Below are positions 47,962 through 58,957 of a DNA stretch of 64,000 nucleotides, piece by piece. The notes below the pieces were generated by a model, which did no database searches, had not been told where the DNA came from, and worked only from the letters and a program-made list of their open reading frames with translations. The stretch's first letter is position 1. Each line of letters opens with the position of its first letter. Origin of the DNA: an uncultured Collinsella sp. (lineage in GTDB: Bacteria > Actinomycetota > Coriobacteriia > Coriobacteriales > Coriobacteriaceae); the NCBI GenBank assembly GCA_958436995.1, contig CAUBMI010000001.1, forward strand, positions 9,068 through 73,067, given 5' to 3'. A program made the position numbers and the translations under genes.

Positions 47962-48426
47962 CTAGGCGTCAGCCATCTCCTGCTTCATCTTCTCGATAAC
48001 CTTGCGGTACTCGGGGTCGCATGCGCCCAAGATCTGCGTGGCATAGATGGCGGCGTTCTTGGCGCCGTTGATGGCAACGCAGGCCACGGGTACGCCCGAA
48101 GGCATCTGCACCATCGACAGCAGCGAATCCATACCGCCCAGGTCACTCGTCTTCATAGGCACACCGATAACCGGCAGCGGCGTAAAGGCAGCCACGACAC
48201 CACCCAGGTGAGCAGCCTTGCCGGCGGCGGCGATAATCACTTTGATACCGCGATCGGCGGCAGTCGAAGCCCACTCGTGGACCTTCGCCGGTGTGCGGTG
48301 TGCGCTCGCAATGACAAGCTCATAGGGCACGCCCAGCGCCTCGAGCTCGGCGGTGCAACCTTCCATAACGCCCAGATCGGACTTGGAACCCATGATGATC
48401 CCGACAACCGGCTTCTGATCTGCCAT
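47962..48426 (-). CDS. purE: N5-CAIR mutase
   Basis: IMGSKSD, SAHRTP, AAHLGG, VQMPSGVPV. Confidence 0.95.
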   Translation of the reverse strand: MADQKPVVGIIMGSKSDLGVMEGCTAELEALGVPYELVIASAHRTPAKVHEWASTAADRGIKVIIAAAGKAAHLGGVVAAFTPLPVIGVPMKTSDLGGMDSLLSMVQMPSGVPVACVAINGAKNAAIYATQILGACDPEYRKVIEKMKQEMADA

Positions 48427-48578
48427 AAACAAAGACCTCCTGTTGAGAGCGGCGACGCGGCGGATCCGCGACCCTTAACTACTGAGAGTAGTATAGCTGC
48501 CGATGCTGATGTGTTCGGCGGGAGACGGAACGCTTTGCGAGATTAAGGCCGAAGGGTCGGAGCTTTCCGCCCACATTC

Positions 48579-48622
48579 AAAAAGCGTGCCCACCGTCCTT
48601 GGGTGGGACGGCGGGCACGCTT
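48579..48622 (-). terminator. Terminator after GH31 gene
   Basis: AAGCGTGCCC...GGGCACGCTT hairpin with T-tract on minus strand. Confidence 0.7.
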
Positions 48623-48640
48623 GCTTAGCTGTTGCTGGGG

Positions 48641-51600
48641 CTACTTAGCCTTGCTGCGACGATGGAAGAAAGCGCCGATCGCGGCGATGATGGCGCCAAG
48701 ACCACCGACGGTCGCGACGGTCGCCGCCGTCTGGTCTCCGGTATTGGGAATCGCCGAACCGTTCTTCTTGCTGCCCTGGGCCTTGTCGCCTGCGGGCTTG
48801 CCCGCCTGGTTGCCGCCGTTCGAGCCATTGCCGGAACCCTGGTTGCCCGAGCCGCCCTGATTGCCGGAATCGGCATCCTTGAGGCTCTCAATAGCCAGCT
48901 TGAGCTGGTCATAGGCCGCCTGGAGCTGGGTGTCGGAAGCATTCTCATCACCCAAGACGTCCTCGGCGTAGGTAATGGCATCCGTCAGGGCCTTGACAGA
49001 CTCGGCCGTCTTGCCCCTGGTGTCAGTCTCCTTCGCCTGCTTGACCAGGGCCTTGAGCTGCTTCTTAGTCGGATTCTCGACCGGGGCCACCGGGGTCTTC
49101 TCGAGCGCGCCGCGGGCGCTCTCGAGCGCCCTGAGCGCCTGGTCGACCTCGTCCTGCGTGGCGTTCTCGTCGCGCAAGATGGCGCGGGCGCTCGCCAGGG
49201 CGTTCTCGAGCGCCGTCCAGGAGGCCTCGGTGTAGTCACCGGCCTTGAGGTCGCCGGCAGCAACCTCGGCATCAACCTTTTCGATCGCGGTAGCGAGATC
49301 ATCCTTCGCCACCGGATCGGGGACGGCCGTACCGTAGAACTTGAGCTCCGCCATGCTGCAGTAGGCATCAACGTTGCCACCGCCGGCGTGAATCACCTTG
49401 ACGGTCACGTAGCGACCGCGCGCGGCGCCAAAGCTCATCTGTTTCCAGTCGCCACGGTCGGTGAGCACGCGGCCGTCGTTGTCGAAGGCGAACGTACCCA
49501 TCGACGCGGCGGTGCCCATCTCATAACCGTCGGCAGTGTCGGAGACCAGTATCTCGGCCTCGAAGATATCGCCGTTAGTGCCGCCGTCCTGGCGCGGCAG
49601 GAATGTAACGTCGGTGAGATCGTAGTCGCGGCCCAGGTCGACACTCAGATACTGGGGCATACCGGTCCCATGGGCCCAGTCGCTGTGCCAAAGCGTCCGC
49701 TCGTCGCCGTCGAGAGCGTTGACGGCGTTGCTGCCCTCGTAGTCGGCCTCACTCGAGAAGCCGGCCACCTTGACGTTCTTGCGGTTCTCGGGCGTGTTGA
49801 TGAGAATCTTCTCATCGACAGGGCGCATCTTGAGGCCGTCGATTGCCTTCTCAATCTTGGCTGTGGCGTCTGCGACATCCTTCTTGCTATAGCTGCCTTG
49901 GCCGCCGTCGAGGAGCTTCTGAGCTGCCTCGACCGCAGTGGTGAGAGCTGCATAGGAATCCTTAGTGTAGACGGACTCGCTGTAGCCCGCGGCCTTGGAA
50001 AGCGCTGCCACGAGCGCAGAGGTATCGACACCAGCCTTGACCTCGACCTCATAGGATGCGGTCTTGGAGGGGTCGAGTACCGACGCCACCGTGATCTTTG
50101 CCTTGCCGGCCTTGTTGGCACGCAGGTAGTAGCTCACGCTATCGCCAGCCTGAACAGCGGAGACGCTTACCACAGAGGGGTCGGAGCTCTCGACCGTCAC
50201 ATAGGGGTAGCCGGCGCTCTCAGGCGTGGCCTTGGCGTCGACGAGCGTAACGTCGCCTTCAAAGAACTCGGTCTGGTTCTTGCCTAGCTCGACACCCTCG
50301 ATGGCCTCGACACCCTGCGTGTAGTTGAAGTTGACCTCACGCAGTGTGAGCATCTGGTCACCCGATGCCTCAAGCGGCGTGACCTCGACCTTGGTCGCCT
50401 TCTTGCCCTTGTTCTCGGCAGAGAGGCCAAAGGCGTAGCGAGCCCGGAAGGAATCGTACTCCCCGCCCGCGAACTCTTGGGTCGAGCCATCCTCGAACGT
50501 CACGACAGCCTTGATCTTCTGCACGGTTCCGTTGCCACCGTTGCGGTTAACGACCTCGACACTATCGAGTTTCGACGGCGTCTTAAATGCGAATGTCATC
50601 GTGGTGGGAAGCTTCACGTAACTCGGAAGCTTACCCTCGCTGTCCCAGTTGCCGCTCCAGTTCCATAGGAACTCAAAGCCGTTGTCGCCCTCGTTATTAT
50701 CGAACAGCGCGTTATAGCTCTTCTGCTGGATAAGTTTCTCGACGTTGGTCCCGTCGTCGGTCGTGAGCTCATCGTTGGTCATCGTGATGTTGAAGGCATC
50801 CTGACCGTACTCGGCGACCGTTGGCTGAGGAACATCCGGCATCGTCACCGTGCCGTCGCTCGCAAACTCAAGTGCGTCGCATGCCGGACCGATGAGCCAA
50901 GATGTCGAGGGCAGTTCGACCTTGCCGGCGGTCTTGGCCTTGAGCTTGAAACTCGCCACCGCGCCGGTACCGTTGTAGAGCTTGCCATCGCCGCGGTTGG
51001 CAAAGGCGAGATTGATAGTCTGCGTTCTGTCCGCGAACTGGACCTTCTCGCGAGACAGGTTCTCCATGCCGGCAGTCGAGCCGTCCTGCGCGATGCTCTC
51101 GGACACAAACTCGAACTGGTCGCTCTTGAAGTTGACGAGAGCGCCCAGGGCGTTGACGTTCTTGGCGTCGGCCGCATAGACATCAACGGTGATCTCATCA
51201 CCGGCCTCGACCTCGGTCTTGCTCGGAAGCACCGCGAGCGAACCTGCGACCTTGCCCTTTTGTTTAGTGCCGCCGTCAAGACCCGCCATGGTGAACGAGT
51301 AATCGTAGACGTCGTAAACGCCGTTATCGTTGAGGTCGGCGAAGTGGTCGCGGATCTGCGAACCGAACGTCGGGGTATCGGGCTCGCGGTTCTCGAGGCC
51401 CAGATAGTTCTTCATGTTGGAGTAGTCTCCGTCGGAGATCGTGGCCTTGTTGAGGTTGGAGCCCACGGCGAAGCCATCCGTGCCGTCGGTCTTGTAGATG
51501 GCAATCTCGGACGCGGAGAAGAAATTGCCGACCGAGGCGAGCGGTGTCATGCGCACGTAACGGGCGGCCACGGTGCCGTCAAACGCTACCGTCTTACAAT

Positions 51601-54600
51601 CAGCGGAACGTGCCCAATCGACCTCCTGGCTCGTCCAGTGGACGCCATCGAGACTCGTCTCAACACGCATCTTGGTCACAGTGCCGTTGCCGGCGTCATC
51701 GCGCGGATAGTACTCGAGCTTATCGAGCTTGTAAGCGCGTCCATAGTCAACGGTAAGCGCCTTGCCTAGATCGTTGCCACCGGAGTGGAAACCGCCGTCG
51801 CCCGACTGGAACTCATGGTCGAAGGCAAGCTCGGCCTTATGGCTGCCGTAAAGTGAGCCCTCCCAGGTGATTTCCTCGGCGTCGGGGACGTTCCGCCACG
51901 GATCGAGTGCGGAGTTCGCCTCGAGCACATCGCTCCAGGCGGAGTAACCCTCGGCGTTGCGTGAACGAATCTGGTAGGTGTGCTTGCTATTGTAGGCGAG
52001 GTCGGTGTGCGTGAACTCGGCCGCATCACCCACGGCAAACACAGTGCCGTCGACCTTAAGGTCGTAGGAGGTAGCACCATCGACCTTTCCCCAGGTGAGC
52101 TTGATGCTCGTTGGGGTCGTGACGTCCTCGGGGGCAGCAAGGTTCGTGGGTGCGGAGAGGTTCTCGTTGAGGCGATCGGCTGTGAGCGTGGCGTCGGCGT
52201 TCACGAAACCGCCCAGCTCAAGCGTCTGCGCCGCTGCAGCAACATCGGTCTTCGCGAACTTGACGTAGACCTTGGGGTTCGTGGTGATCTTGGTGTTGTT
52301 GAAGCTCTCGCCCTGCTCGGCCTCGGTGCCGTCCGCATCGCTGCCGTAGTGGTTGAGGTTGGGGGTCTCGCTGTAGAAGTAGACCGCCTGGCCGGCCTCG
52401 GGGGTCGCGGCGTCAAAGGCCTCCTGCGAGTCGACCTCAACCACGTTGAGTGCGGATCCGCCGTTCTTGGCGACAACGCTCGTGGGCTTGGCGGACACAT
52501 TGGCCACGAAGGTCGTGGTGCGGTTGGAGTCGTAGCCGTTGTAGCCGCCCTGCGAGGCCTCGGCGGTAAAGGTCGCGGTGCCGCCTGCGGCCTTGGAGCT
52601 GTAGACGGTGCTCACATGCTCACCGTAGGAGATATTGTCGATCGTGCCGTAGGAATCGTCCTCAGTCGTGTTGTTTTCGATGGAGGAGCCGTCGTCCTCG
52701 TACTGCGTAAAGGTGCCGTCGCCCTCGGTGGCGAAGAACTCGACGATACGCTGACTGCGGTCGGTACCCTTGGTGTTGGTGTCGCTCACTGCCTCGGGGT
52801 TGTTGTTCTCGGCGTACATCGGCACGATAGCGTTGGCCTTCACAAACAGCGGCAGCTTCCAAAGCGGAGCCTCGTAGTTGTTGAGAACCTGGCCGCCGCG
52901 ATACTGCTTACCCGAGAAGTAGTCGATCCAGATGGTGGGATTCTCGTCGGTGCCGTAGTTGGGGAGGTAGATCCCATTGCGAATGTCGTTGCCGTTCTCA
53001 TCTGCCTGGGTATCCTGATACACCGGTGCCACTAGGAAGTTCTCACCGAACATATACTGGTACTGTGTCGAAGTGCTTGCGGCGTACTCGGAGTTGTCAG
53101 AAAGCAGCATGGCGCGGATCATGGGCAGGCCGGCATCGCCGTTACCCGTGTCGATGTTGGCCGCCGAGGCCGCGCTCGTGTAGATATAGGGCATGAGCTG
53201 CGCCTTGAGCTTGAGGTAGAAGCGCGAGATGCCTGTGTAGGGATCGCCGTGCGTCATGGGCGATTTGCGGTAGGTGCCCCAACCGTCCATGTCGAGCATA
53301 GAGGGCGTGAACGTCTTCCACTGGTAGTCACGCGCAGAGATGATGGGGTCGCCGCCAAAGATGCCATCCATGTCGGAGCCGATGTTGGGGTTGCCCGAAA
53401 GACTCTGACCGATATACGTGGGGATATGGAAGCGAATGTACTCCCAGTTACCGCCATACTGGTCGCCGGTCCAAATGCCGCCAAAGCGCTGCGTGCCGGC
53501 CCAGCCATCGAGCGTGATGATGTTGGGGCGCTTGTTGGCGCCGGTCGTCACCGTGTCATAAGCTGTCTTGATGCCATTAAGACCAAAGGAGTAGCCAGAT
53601 CCAACCCAGGCGACGTCGGTCTTAAGGGTAGAGATGCCTCCCGTCTTGACCTCGGCGTCGAAGTCGCGAAGCAGGTGCCACGGAGTCTCGGAGTTGCTGT
53701 CGGGCTCAAGGTTGGACTGGGTCCACAAGCCCGTGCTCACACCCTTGGAGTTGGCATACTCGGTGAACTTCTTAAGGTTGTCGACATTGGCACGCACAGC
53801 GTTAAGACGGTCGGCCGAGCTCTCTCCGTCGGAGTTGACGCCGCCGGTCTTGTAGTAACCGTTCTGGCCATAGCCGGCGCCGTAGCCGTCGTTCGGCAGG
53901 AACCAGCCGAGCGGCATGTCGTTGTCCTCGTAGTCATCGATAACCTGCCGAGCAGAGAACTGGCGGTCGAAATCGGTCGCTTTCATGTTCTCGGTATCAA
54001 CCGTAGGGCCCTCACCGTTGAGCGTCTCGGCCGCAAGTGTGCCGTCGAGCTTGTAACCCGTCGACATACCAGACTCGTACTTAACGTCGCCCTTCTCGCT
54101 CGAGGACTTGCTGCCCTTGGTCTCCCACTTCTTTTGACCCGAGGTCGTTGACCAGCCATCACGGTTATAGGCATTAAGATGACCAAGGTAGAACCCGTAC
54201 TCGGGCAGCAGTACCGGGTTACCGGTCACCTTGTAGTAGTCCTGCAGCATCTCGGTTGCCACGTTCGAAGCGCCCTCGTTGGTCGCCACGAAGTAGTAGG
54301 CATCAAACTCATTCTCGCTGTGCAAAGTCGTGACCGTCGATGAGTCCGTGGAACCGAAGTCGTAGGAACCCTCTGCAAACGTGTTTCGGAGTACGCCGTA
54401 GCCGTCACTCGTCCAATAAAACGGGTTGGGCGAGGCAACGCCGCCATCGGTCCAGTTGTTCGTGTTGGAGATGGCGATGGTCTGGTTGGTGTGCAGGAAG
54501 CGTCCGTTCTGGGTGCCGCCGCCAAAGAAGTTCTCGGACTTCTCCTTGGCGAGCGTCTGGACGGTACCCTTCTTATCAAGGTCGAGGGACGCGGACTCGG

Positions 54601-55054
54601 AAACCACGACACGGTCGCCTGACTTGATACTCATCTTGCCAGTCGCCTTGTCCAGGATCACGGTCGCCTTTCCGCCGGTGATCTCGATAGTGTCGCCCTT
54701 GTCGGCAACCGTCGCACTCGGCTTGCTGTAGGTGTCCGAGGTATCGGGCTGAGCCTGGATCTTAGCCGTGTGGGACTTACTACGCGGCGTGGCGTACTCG
54801 GAAAACTCACCCTTGGGGTCGACGTTATAACGGAAAATACCGTCCTCGAGGAACGTAATACGGCCCTTGATGCCGTCAGCGAAATCGATGTCGACGACAT
54901 TCGAGGCAGACTGGGACACGGTCGCCGAGTCGACGCCCTTGAGTGGCGTGGCAATCGCCTGCTGGGGATTGGCAAACACGAGCGTCGCTGCAGTGGCAAC
55001 GAGGACCGCGCTTCCCTTCACCCACCGTTTCGTAAAAATGGAATTCCTGCGCAT
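48641..55054 (-). CDS. Cell-wall-anchored multimodular GH31 glycosidase, probable alpha-N-acetylgalactosaminidase (2,137 aa)
   Basis: Signal peptide; GWFLPNDGYG, KTDVAW, WTGDQ; FN3, two F5/8 (CBM32)-like, EF-hand/dockerin-like DLNDNGVYDVYD, cohesin-like, Ig-like and FIVAR-like modules; IPNTG + TM + basic tail; AAGGAG RBS. Confidence 0.85.
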   Translation of the reverse strand: MRRNSIFTKRWVKGSAVLVATAATLVFANPQQAIATPLKGVDSATVSQSASNVVDIDFADGIKGRITFLEDGIFRYNVDPKGEFSEYATPRSKSHTAKIQAQPDTSDTYSKPSATVADKGDTIEITGGKATVILDKATGKMSIKSGDRVVVSESASLDLDKKGTVQTLAKEKSENFFGGGTQNGRFLHTNQTIAISNTNNWTDGGVASPNPFYWTSDGYGVLRNTFAEGSYDFGSTDSSTVTTLHSENEFDAYYFVATNEGASNVATEMLQDYYKVTGNPVLLPEYGFYLGHLNAYNRDGWSTTSGQKKWETKGSKSSSEKGDVKYESGMSTGYKLDGTLAAETLNGEGPTVDTENMKATDFDRQFSARQVIDDYEDNDMPLGWFLPNDGYGAGYGQNGYYKTGGVNSDGESSADRLNAVRANVDNLKKFTEYANSKGVSTGLWTQSNLEPDSNSETPWHLLRDFDAEVKTGGISTLKTDVAWVGSGYSFGLNGIKTAYDTVTTGANKRPNIITLDGWAGTQRFGGIWTGDQYGGNWEYIRFHIPTYIGQSLSGNPNIGSDMDGIFGGDPIISARDYQWKTFTPSMLDMDGWGTYRKSPMTHGDPYTGISRFYLKLKAQLMPYIYTSAASAANIDTGNGDAGLPMIRAMLLSDNSEYAASTSTQYQYMFGENFLVAPVYQDTQADENGNDIRNGIYLPNYGTDENPTIWIDYFSGKQYRGGQVLNNYEAPLWKLPLFVKANAIVPMYAENNNPEAVSDTNTKGTDRSQRIVEFFATEGDGTFTQYEDDGSSIENNTTEDDSYGTIDNISYGEHVSTVYSSKAAGGTATFTAEASQGGYNGYDSNRTTTFVANVSAKPTSVVAKNGGSALNVVEVDSQEAFDAATPEAGQAVYFYSETPNLNHYGSDADGTEAEQGESFNNTKITTNPKVYVKFAKTDVAAAAQTLELGGFVNADATLTADRLNENLSAPTNLAAPEDVTTPTSIKLTWGKVDGATSYDLKVDGTVFAVGDAAEFTHTDLAYNSKHTYQIRSRNAEGYSAWSDVLEANSALDPWRNVPDAEEITWEGSLYGSHKAELAFDHEFQSGDGGFHSGGNDLGKALTVDYGRAYKLDKLEYYPRDDAGNGTVTKMRVETSLDGVHWTSQEVDWARSADCKTVAFDGTVAARYVRMTPLASVGNFFSASEIAIYKTDGTDGFAVGSNLNKATISDGDYSNMKNYLGLENREPDTPTFGSQIRDHFADLNDNGVYDVYDYSFTMAGLDGGTKQKGKVAGSLAVLPSKTEVEAGDEITVDVYAADAKNVNALGALVNFKSDQFEFVSESIAQDGSTAGMENLSREKVQFADRTQTINLAFANRGDGKLYNGTGAVASFKLKAKTAGKVELPSTSWLIGPACDALEFASDGTVTMPDVPQPTVAEYGQDAFNITMTNDELTTDDGTNVEKLIQQKSYNALFDNNEGDNGFEFLWNWSGNWDSEGKLPSYVKLPTTMTFAFKTPSKLDSVEVVNRNGGNGTVQKIKAVVTFEDGSTQEFAGGEYDSFRARYAFGLSAENKGKKATKVEVTPLEASGDQMLTLREVNFNYTQGVEAIEGVELGKNQTEFFEGDVTLVDAKATPESAGYPYVTVESSDPSVVSVSAVQAGDSVSYYLRANKAGKAKITVASVLDPSKTASYEVEVKAGVDTSALVAALSKAAGYSESVYTKDSYAALTTAVEAAQKLLDGGQGSYSKKDVADATAKIEKAIDGLKMRPVDEKILINTPENRKNVKVAGFSSEADYEGSNAVNALDGDERTLWHSDWAHGTGMPQYLSVDLGRDYDLTDVTFLPRQDGGTNGDIFEAEILVSDTADGYEMGTAASMGTFAFDNDGRVLTDRGDWKQMSFGAARGRYVTVKVIHAGGGNVDAYCSMAELKFYGTAVPDPVAKDDLATAIEKVDAEVAAGDLKAGDYTEASWTALENALASARAILRDENATQDEVDQALRALESARGALEKTPVAPVENPTKKQLKALVKQAKETDTRGKTAESVKALTDAITYAEDVLGDENASDTQLQAAYDQLKLAIESLKDADSGNQGGSGNQGSGNGSNGGNQAGKPAGDKAQGSKKNGSAIPNTGDQTAATVATVGGLGAIIAAIGAFFHRRSKAK

Positions 55055-55178
55055 CTGGTCTCCTTTCTTCCGACATGCTGAGGTGCCGAGGACGCCCCCC
55101 GGCAGCATGGGAAAACGTATCAAACGGAGATGTTCGGTACATTCCGCACAATGGGGGCCACCCGTTACCAAGGGGCCA

Positions 55179-55194
55179 ACTGGTAGTAACCAGA
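55179..55194. promoter_or_regulatory. Candidate GntR/HutC (DasR/NagR-like) operator ACTGGTAGTAACCAGA
   Basis: CTGGT-N4-ACCAG palindrome upstream of the GH31 gene. Confidence 0.4.
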
Positions 55195-55378
55195 TAGCCA
55201 CCTACTAGGTTATATCAACATATGGGAGCACTTGCGCACCCAAGTTCGGAATTCTCCCAGCGGCAGCAAAATAAGCGTCAACGGCAAGGTGGGCTTAATA
55301 AGCCATACCAATTGGTTCTTCAGTCAAATACCAATCTAGCAAAAATGTACTGTTTGTCTGGTATTACACAGACCATAC

Positions 55379-55422
55379 CTTTCCCTCGGGAACTGGGCTT
55401 CGCGAAGTTTCCCGAGGGAAAG
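55379..55422. repeat. 44-bp hairpin repeat, copy 1
   Basis: CTTTCCCTCGGGAACTGGGCTTCGCGAAGTTTCCCGAGGGAAAG. Confidence 0.85.
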
Positions 55423-55565
55423 GCTCAGCCGCCATCCTGCAACCTACCGGGGATTGCCATGACGTACGTTGGCTGATTTGGTTTGGAATGAGATGTTGAC
55501 GGTGGCTGATGGGCACAACTGTCCCGGGTGCATTTCAAGATGCACCTAAATGTCTGTCTTTATCC

Positions 55566-56042
55566 TTATAGATTGTCCAGGTAGTCGTCGGCATCATAGG
55601 TAAGGCTGTAAGCTTTATTCAGGATGCGCACGAGCTCCTGGGCATCGTGCTCGCCGAGCGCTGAGAGTTGTTTCGAGAGCGATGCCACACTCTCGGCATT
55701 TTTTTTCGCCGCGAAATCACGGCCTTCCTCGGTAATGCTCACCAGCACACGCCGACGATCGTTTGGATCAGTCCTGCGCTGAACGTAACCCTTACTCTCG
55801 AGTGAATCCAAGATATGCGACATGCGCGCACGGGAGAATTTCAGCTTCTTGGCAATCTCGGAGGGAATGACATCACCGTCAATACCCGATAGATACTGTA
55901 AAACCGGTGCCTCGCCCACACTGGCGCCGCCGGCAGCACTCAAGGATCCCTTGGCAAGGGAACGTGAGTACACAATCAGTTTTCGAGCGACGTCATCGTA
56001 ATCCACTGGGGATATTGTCCTTTGCAACTCTAGAAGGGCCAT
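55566..56042 (-). CDS. MarR-family transcriptional regulator
   Basis: PSEIA..L.FSRARMS..LDSLE.KGYV.R..DPNDRR. Confidence 0.88.
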   Translation of the reverse strand: MALLELQRTISPVDYDDVARKLIVYSRSLAKGSLSAAGGASVGEAPVLQYLSGIDGDVIPSEIAKKLKFSRARMSHILDSLESKGYVQRRTDPNDRRRVLVSITEEGRDFAAKKNAESVASLSKQLSALGEHDAQELVRILNKAYSLTYDADDYLDNL

Positions 56043-56110
56043 AAAACCGTCATTTGCCGTACATTAGTTAACATTCGCAACAATTATTTATGATACCCCA
56101 ACGCGGAAGT

Positions 56111-56437
56111 CTATTGCTCGTCCTTCTTGCGTCGCATAAGCTCCTCAACGTCGACACCAGCGGCCTCGAGCATGCGCTCGACATTCTTTTTGGCGTTGGT
56201 CGTGCCGACCTTAAGCACGATCGAAAGCGGAGTGCCCACCACCAGGCACACGATGCCCACGGGGACACCCCAGCCGGGGCCGCCCTGCATACCCCACATC
56301 CCCATCAAAAAGCCAATCGCCACGAGCGAATAGCCCAGGCGCAGCCAAACATTGAGCCGCTGAATAGCATCGGTCTGCATCTTTGCCTCGCGAATCAAGT
56401 CGTCGCGCGAAAGGTCGTGTCCATGTTTCTCGTGCAT
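56111..56437 (-). CDS. Small two-TM membrane protein associated with Man-family PTS locus
   Basis: 108 aa, GAGGAGG RBS, two hydrophobic helices. Confidence 0.65.
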   Translation of the reverse strand: MHEKHGHDLSRDDLIREAKMQTDAIQRLNVWLRLGYSLVAIGFLMGMWGMQGGPGWGVPVGIVCLVVGTPLSIVLKVGTTNAKKNVERMLEAAGVDVEELMRRKKDEQ

Positions 56438-56632
56438 ATGGTCCTCCTCGTGCAAAGTGTGCATCATGCGCAAGTGCATCGTTTGTCGAATACGTCATCT
56501 TTCAAGAGCAATATAGCGGGTGTCGTGTAGGCGATGGAGGTTGCTGGCCATATTGCCCTTGAAGGGCGGCGCAAAATCAGAAGGCCGTGCGGTTGAGGCC
56601 GCACGGCCTTACAGGGGGCCAGGGGATGATGA

Positions 56633-57460
56633 CTAGTAGCTCAGTGCCGGGTCGAAGAAGCCAATGAGAACGCCCACAAATGCGATCACAACGAGGATCA
56701 GCATCATAACGATGGGGTTGACCTTCTTCTTGGTCATCATGTACCAGCAGAAGATGATGAAGATCATCGGCAGCAGGTGCGGATAGATGCCATCGAGCGT
56801 GTCCTGGAACTTACCGCCACCGGGCAGCACCAGGTTGGGGCTGCAGGTGATGGAGACCCAGGTAGCACCGACTGCACCGATGACCATGGTACCGACCATC
56901 ACGATGGAATCACGCAGAGCCTTGGCCTTGGGGCCGACGAGGGCCTCGACCGCCTTGCCGCCGAGCTCATAGCCCTGGTTGTAGGCAAAGCGCATGCCAA
57001 GGAACATGAGCAGGTTCCACACGACAATATAGAAGATGGCGCCGAGCGGGGAGCCGCCGGTCGAGAGACCGAGGGCAATACCGAGCAGGATCGGGATCAG
57101 GGTACCGACGATCAGCGAGTCGCCAAGGCCGGCGAGCGGGCCCATGAGGCCGGCGCGGATGCCGTTGATGGCGTCGTCGTCGATGGCCTCGCCGTTTGCG
57201 CGAGCCTCCTCGAGGCCGGCGGTGACGCCGACAATCATGGTGCCGATCTGCGGCTCGGTGTTGAAGAACGCGGAGTAGGTCTGGAGGGCCTGCTTCTGCT
57301 CCTCGGGCGTGTCGTAGAGCTCCTCGACAATCGGAAGCATGGCGCACAGGTAACCGAAGGTCTGCATGTGCTCCTGCGAGAAGCAGGTCAGGTTGCCATA
57401 GGACCAGTTACGGAACGACTTGGCAAGCGTTTTCTTAGAGAGCTTTTTCTTCTCTGCCAT
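56633..57460 (-). CDS. PTS mannose/fructose/sorbose family IID
   Basis: EHMQ..G, FFNTEP, GLMGPLAGLGDS. Confidence 0.93.
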   Translation of the reverse strand: MAEKKKLSKKTLAKSFRNWSYGNLTCFSQEHMQTFGYLCAMLPIVEELYDTPEEQKQALQTYSAFFNTEPQIGTMIVGVTAGLEEARANGEAIDDDAINGIRAGLMGPLAGLGDSLIVGTLIPILLGIALGLSTGGSPLGAIFYIVVWNLLMFLGMRFAYNQGYELGGKAVEALVGPKAKALRDSIVMVGTMVIGAVGATWVSITCSPNLVLPGGGKFQDTLDGIYPHLLPMIFIIFCWYMMTKKKVNPIVMMLILVVIAFVGVLIGFFDPALSY

Positions 57461-58317
57461 TAGATGTCCTCCTCTTCCTCATCATCTGAGCCCGAGGCGA
57501 TAGCTGCCTTGGGAGCGTTTGCGAGGTCGATCTTGAGCGAAGCGATCTCATAGTTGATCAGGGCGAAGAAGCAGCCGATGCCGGCAGCGGCGATCAGGTT
57601 GCAGCCCATAACAGCGGACAGGGTGAAGCCGAAGAAGAACGTCAGGAAGTCCGTGGGCTTAGAGATGACCTGCTTGAGCAGGATGGCGATACCGACGGTA
57701 GGCAGCAGCGAGCCGACGGTAAACAGCGTCTTCATCGCGATGCCGTCCATGGGCATGTAGGTCTTCATGAGGTCGACCATGGCGGTGCCGCCCATGGTGA
57801 TGATGAACGTCGGGAGGAACGAGCAGACGATGTGACCGATCCAAGGCAGAACGTTGTTGACCAGGTAGAGCTTGTGGAGATCGCCCTTCTCGAGCCACTT
57901 CCAGCCCATGCCCTGCCACACCAGGTTGATGGTGGCGGTGCCATAGAAGAGCACAGTGCCGAGCGTGCCGACGGCGGCACCGAGGGATGCGGCCATGCCG
58001 GCAGCCTCAGCGGAGGCGGGATCGATGCCCGAGTTCTTGATGGCGAGGATCGCCAGCGGGATGCCGATATAGGACACGGCGCGGACGTCGGCGGAGACGG
58101 TTCCGCCGGGGGTCACGAGAGCGATGTAGACAACCTGGATGGCAGCGCCGACGAGGATACCCGTCTGCATATCGCCCATGATGATGCCGACGATGAGGCC
58201 GGCGACCAGAGGACGACCCAGAGTGTAGTTGCCGATCGTCGTGCCGCCCATGCCAGGCAGTGATGCCAGGCAGGCGAACAGGCCGAACAGCGCGGCTTGG
58301 AATGCATTGATTGCCAT
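57460..58317 (-). CDS. PTS mannose/fructose/sorbose family IIC
   Basis: RPLVAGLIVGIIMGD..TG, GGT, LPTVGIAILL. Confidence 0.92.
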   Translation of the reverse strand: MAINAFQAALFGLFACLASLPGMGGTTIGNYTLGRPLVAGLIVGIIMGDMQTGILVGAAIQVVYIALVTPGGTVSADVRAVSYIGIPLAILAIKNSGIDPASAEAAGMAASLGAAVGTLGTVLFYGTATINLVWQGMGWKWLEKGDLHKLYLVNNVLPWIGHIVCSFLPTFIITMGGTAMVDLMKTYMPMDGIAMKTLFTVGSLLPTVGIAILLKQVISKPTDFLTFFFGFTLSAVMGCNLIAAAGIGCFFALINYEIASLKIDLANAPKAAIASGSDDEEEEDI

Positions 58318-58389
58318 GCTTTCCCCTTTCTTTATTCCTCAGCCCCTTTCACCAAGGGCTGTAGATACCAAAATGCGGCTGGCACCTAA

Positions 58390-58878
58390 CTAGAAGCCAA
58401 ACTGACCGCGGAACTTGGGCCACTCACCGATGGACTTCTCCTTGATAAGGGCGAACTCGACCGTGTAACCGGCGTTGGTGAGATCCTCGAGCGCCTGGGC
58501 CTCTTCCTGCGTGATCGACTGGTTGTTGCCAAGCTTGGTGGTGCCGGGACGATCGTTGCAGGGACCGACGATGATGCGGTCCATGCCGGGCTTAAAGCCA
58601 AAATCGACGAGAAGTTCCTTCATGTCGAGCGGGTTCTTGGTGATCAGGAAGTACTTGGTGTCGGACTTGAGAACCTTCTCGGAGACCTCCTTGAAGTGCT
58701 CCTTGGTCCACACGAACGTCTTCTTGCCCGAGGCACTCTTGTAGGCCTCCTTGAGCACGGGGTTGGACGCTGCAGCGTCGTTGACGGCGATAAGACCGTC
58801 GCAGGGATACTCGAGGGCCCAACGGGTAACGGTCTGTCCATGGATCATACGGTCATCAATACGGATGAACGAAATCAT
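58390..58878 (-). CDS. PTS mannose/fructose/sorbose family IIB
   Basis: RIDDRMIHGQ. Confidence 0.93.
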   Translation of the reverse strand: MISFIRIDDRMIHGQTVTRWALEYPCDGLIAVNDAAASNPVLKEAYKSASGKKTFVWTKEHFKEVSEKVLKSDTKYFLITKNPLDMKELLVDFGFKPGMDRIIVGPCNDRPGTTKLGNNQSITQEEAQALEDLTNAGYTVEFALIKEKSIGEWPKFRGQFGF

Positions 58879-58957
58879 GCGTTCTCCCTTTCTTTATCAC
58901 CGGGGGTCTTTCCTCTTAACCCCCGCTCCATCACGAAAATTTGGGCGGATGCGCTGC

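Noticed and set aside
43003..48600. Purine/ZMP riboswitch or PurR box upstream of pur genes
   Set aside because: No recognisable consensus seen by eye; an Infernal/Rfam scan would be needed
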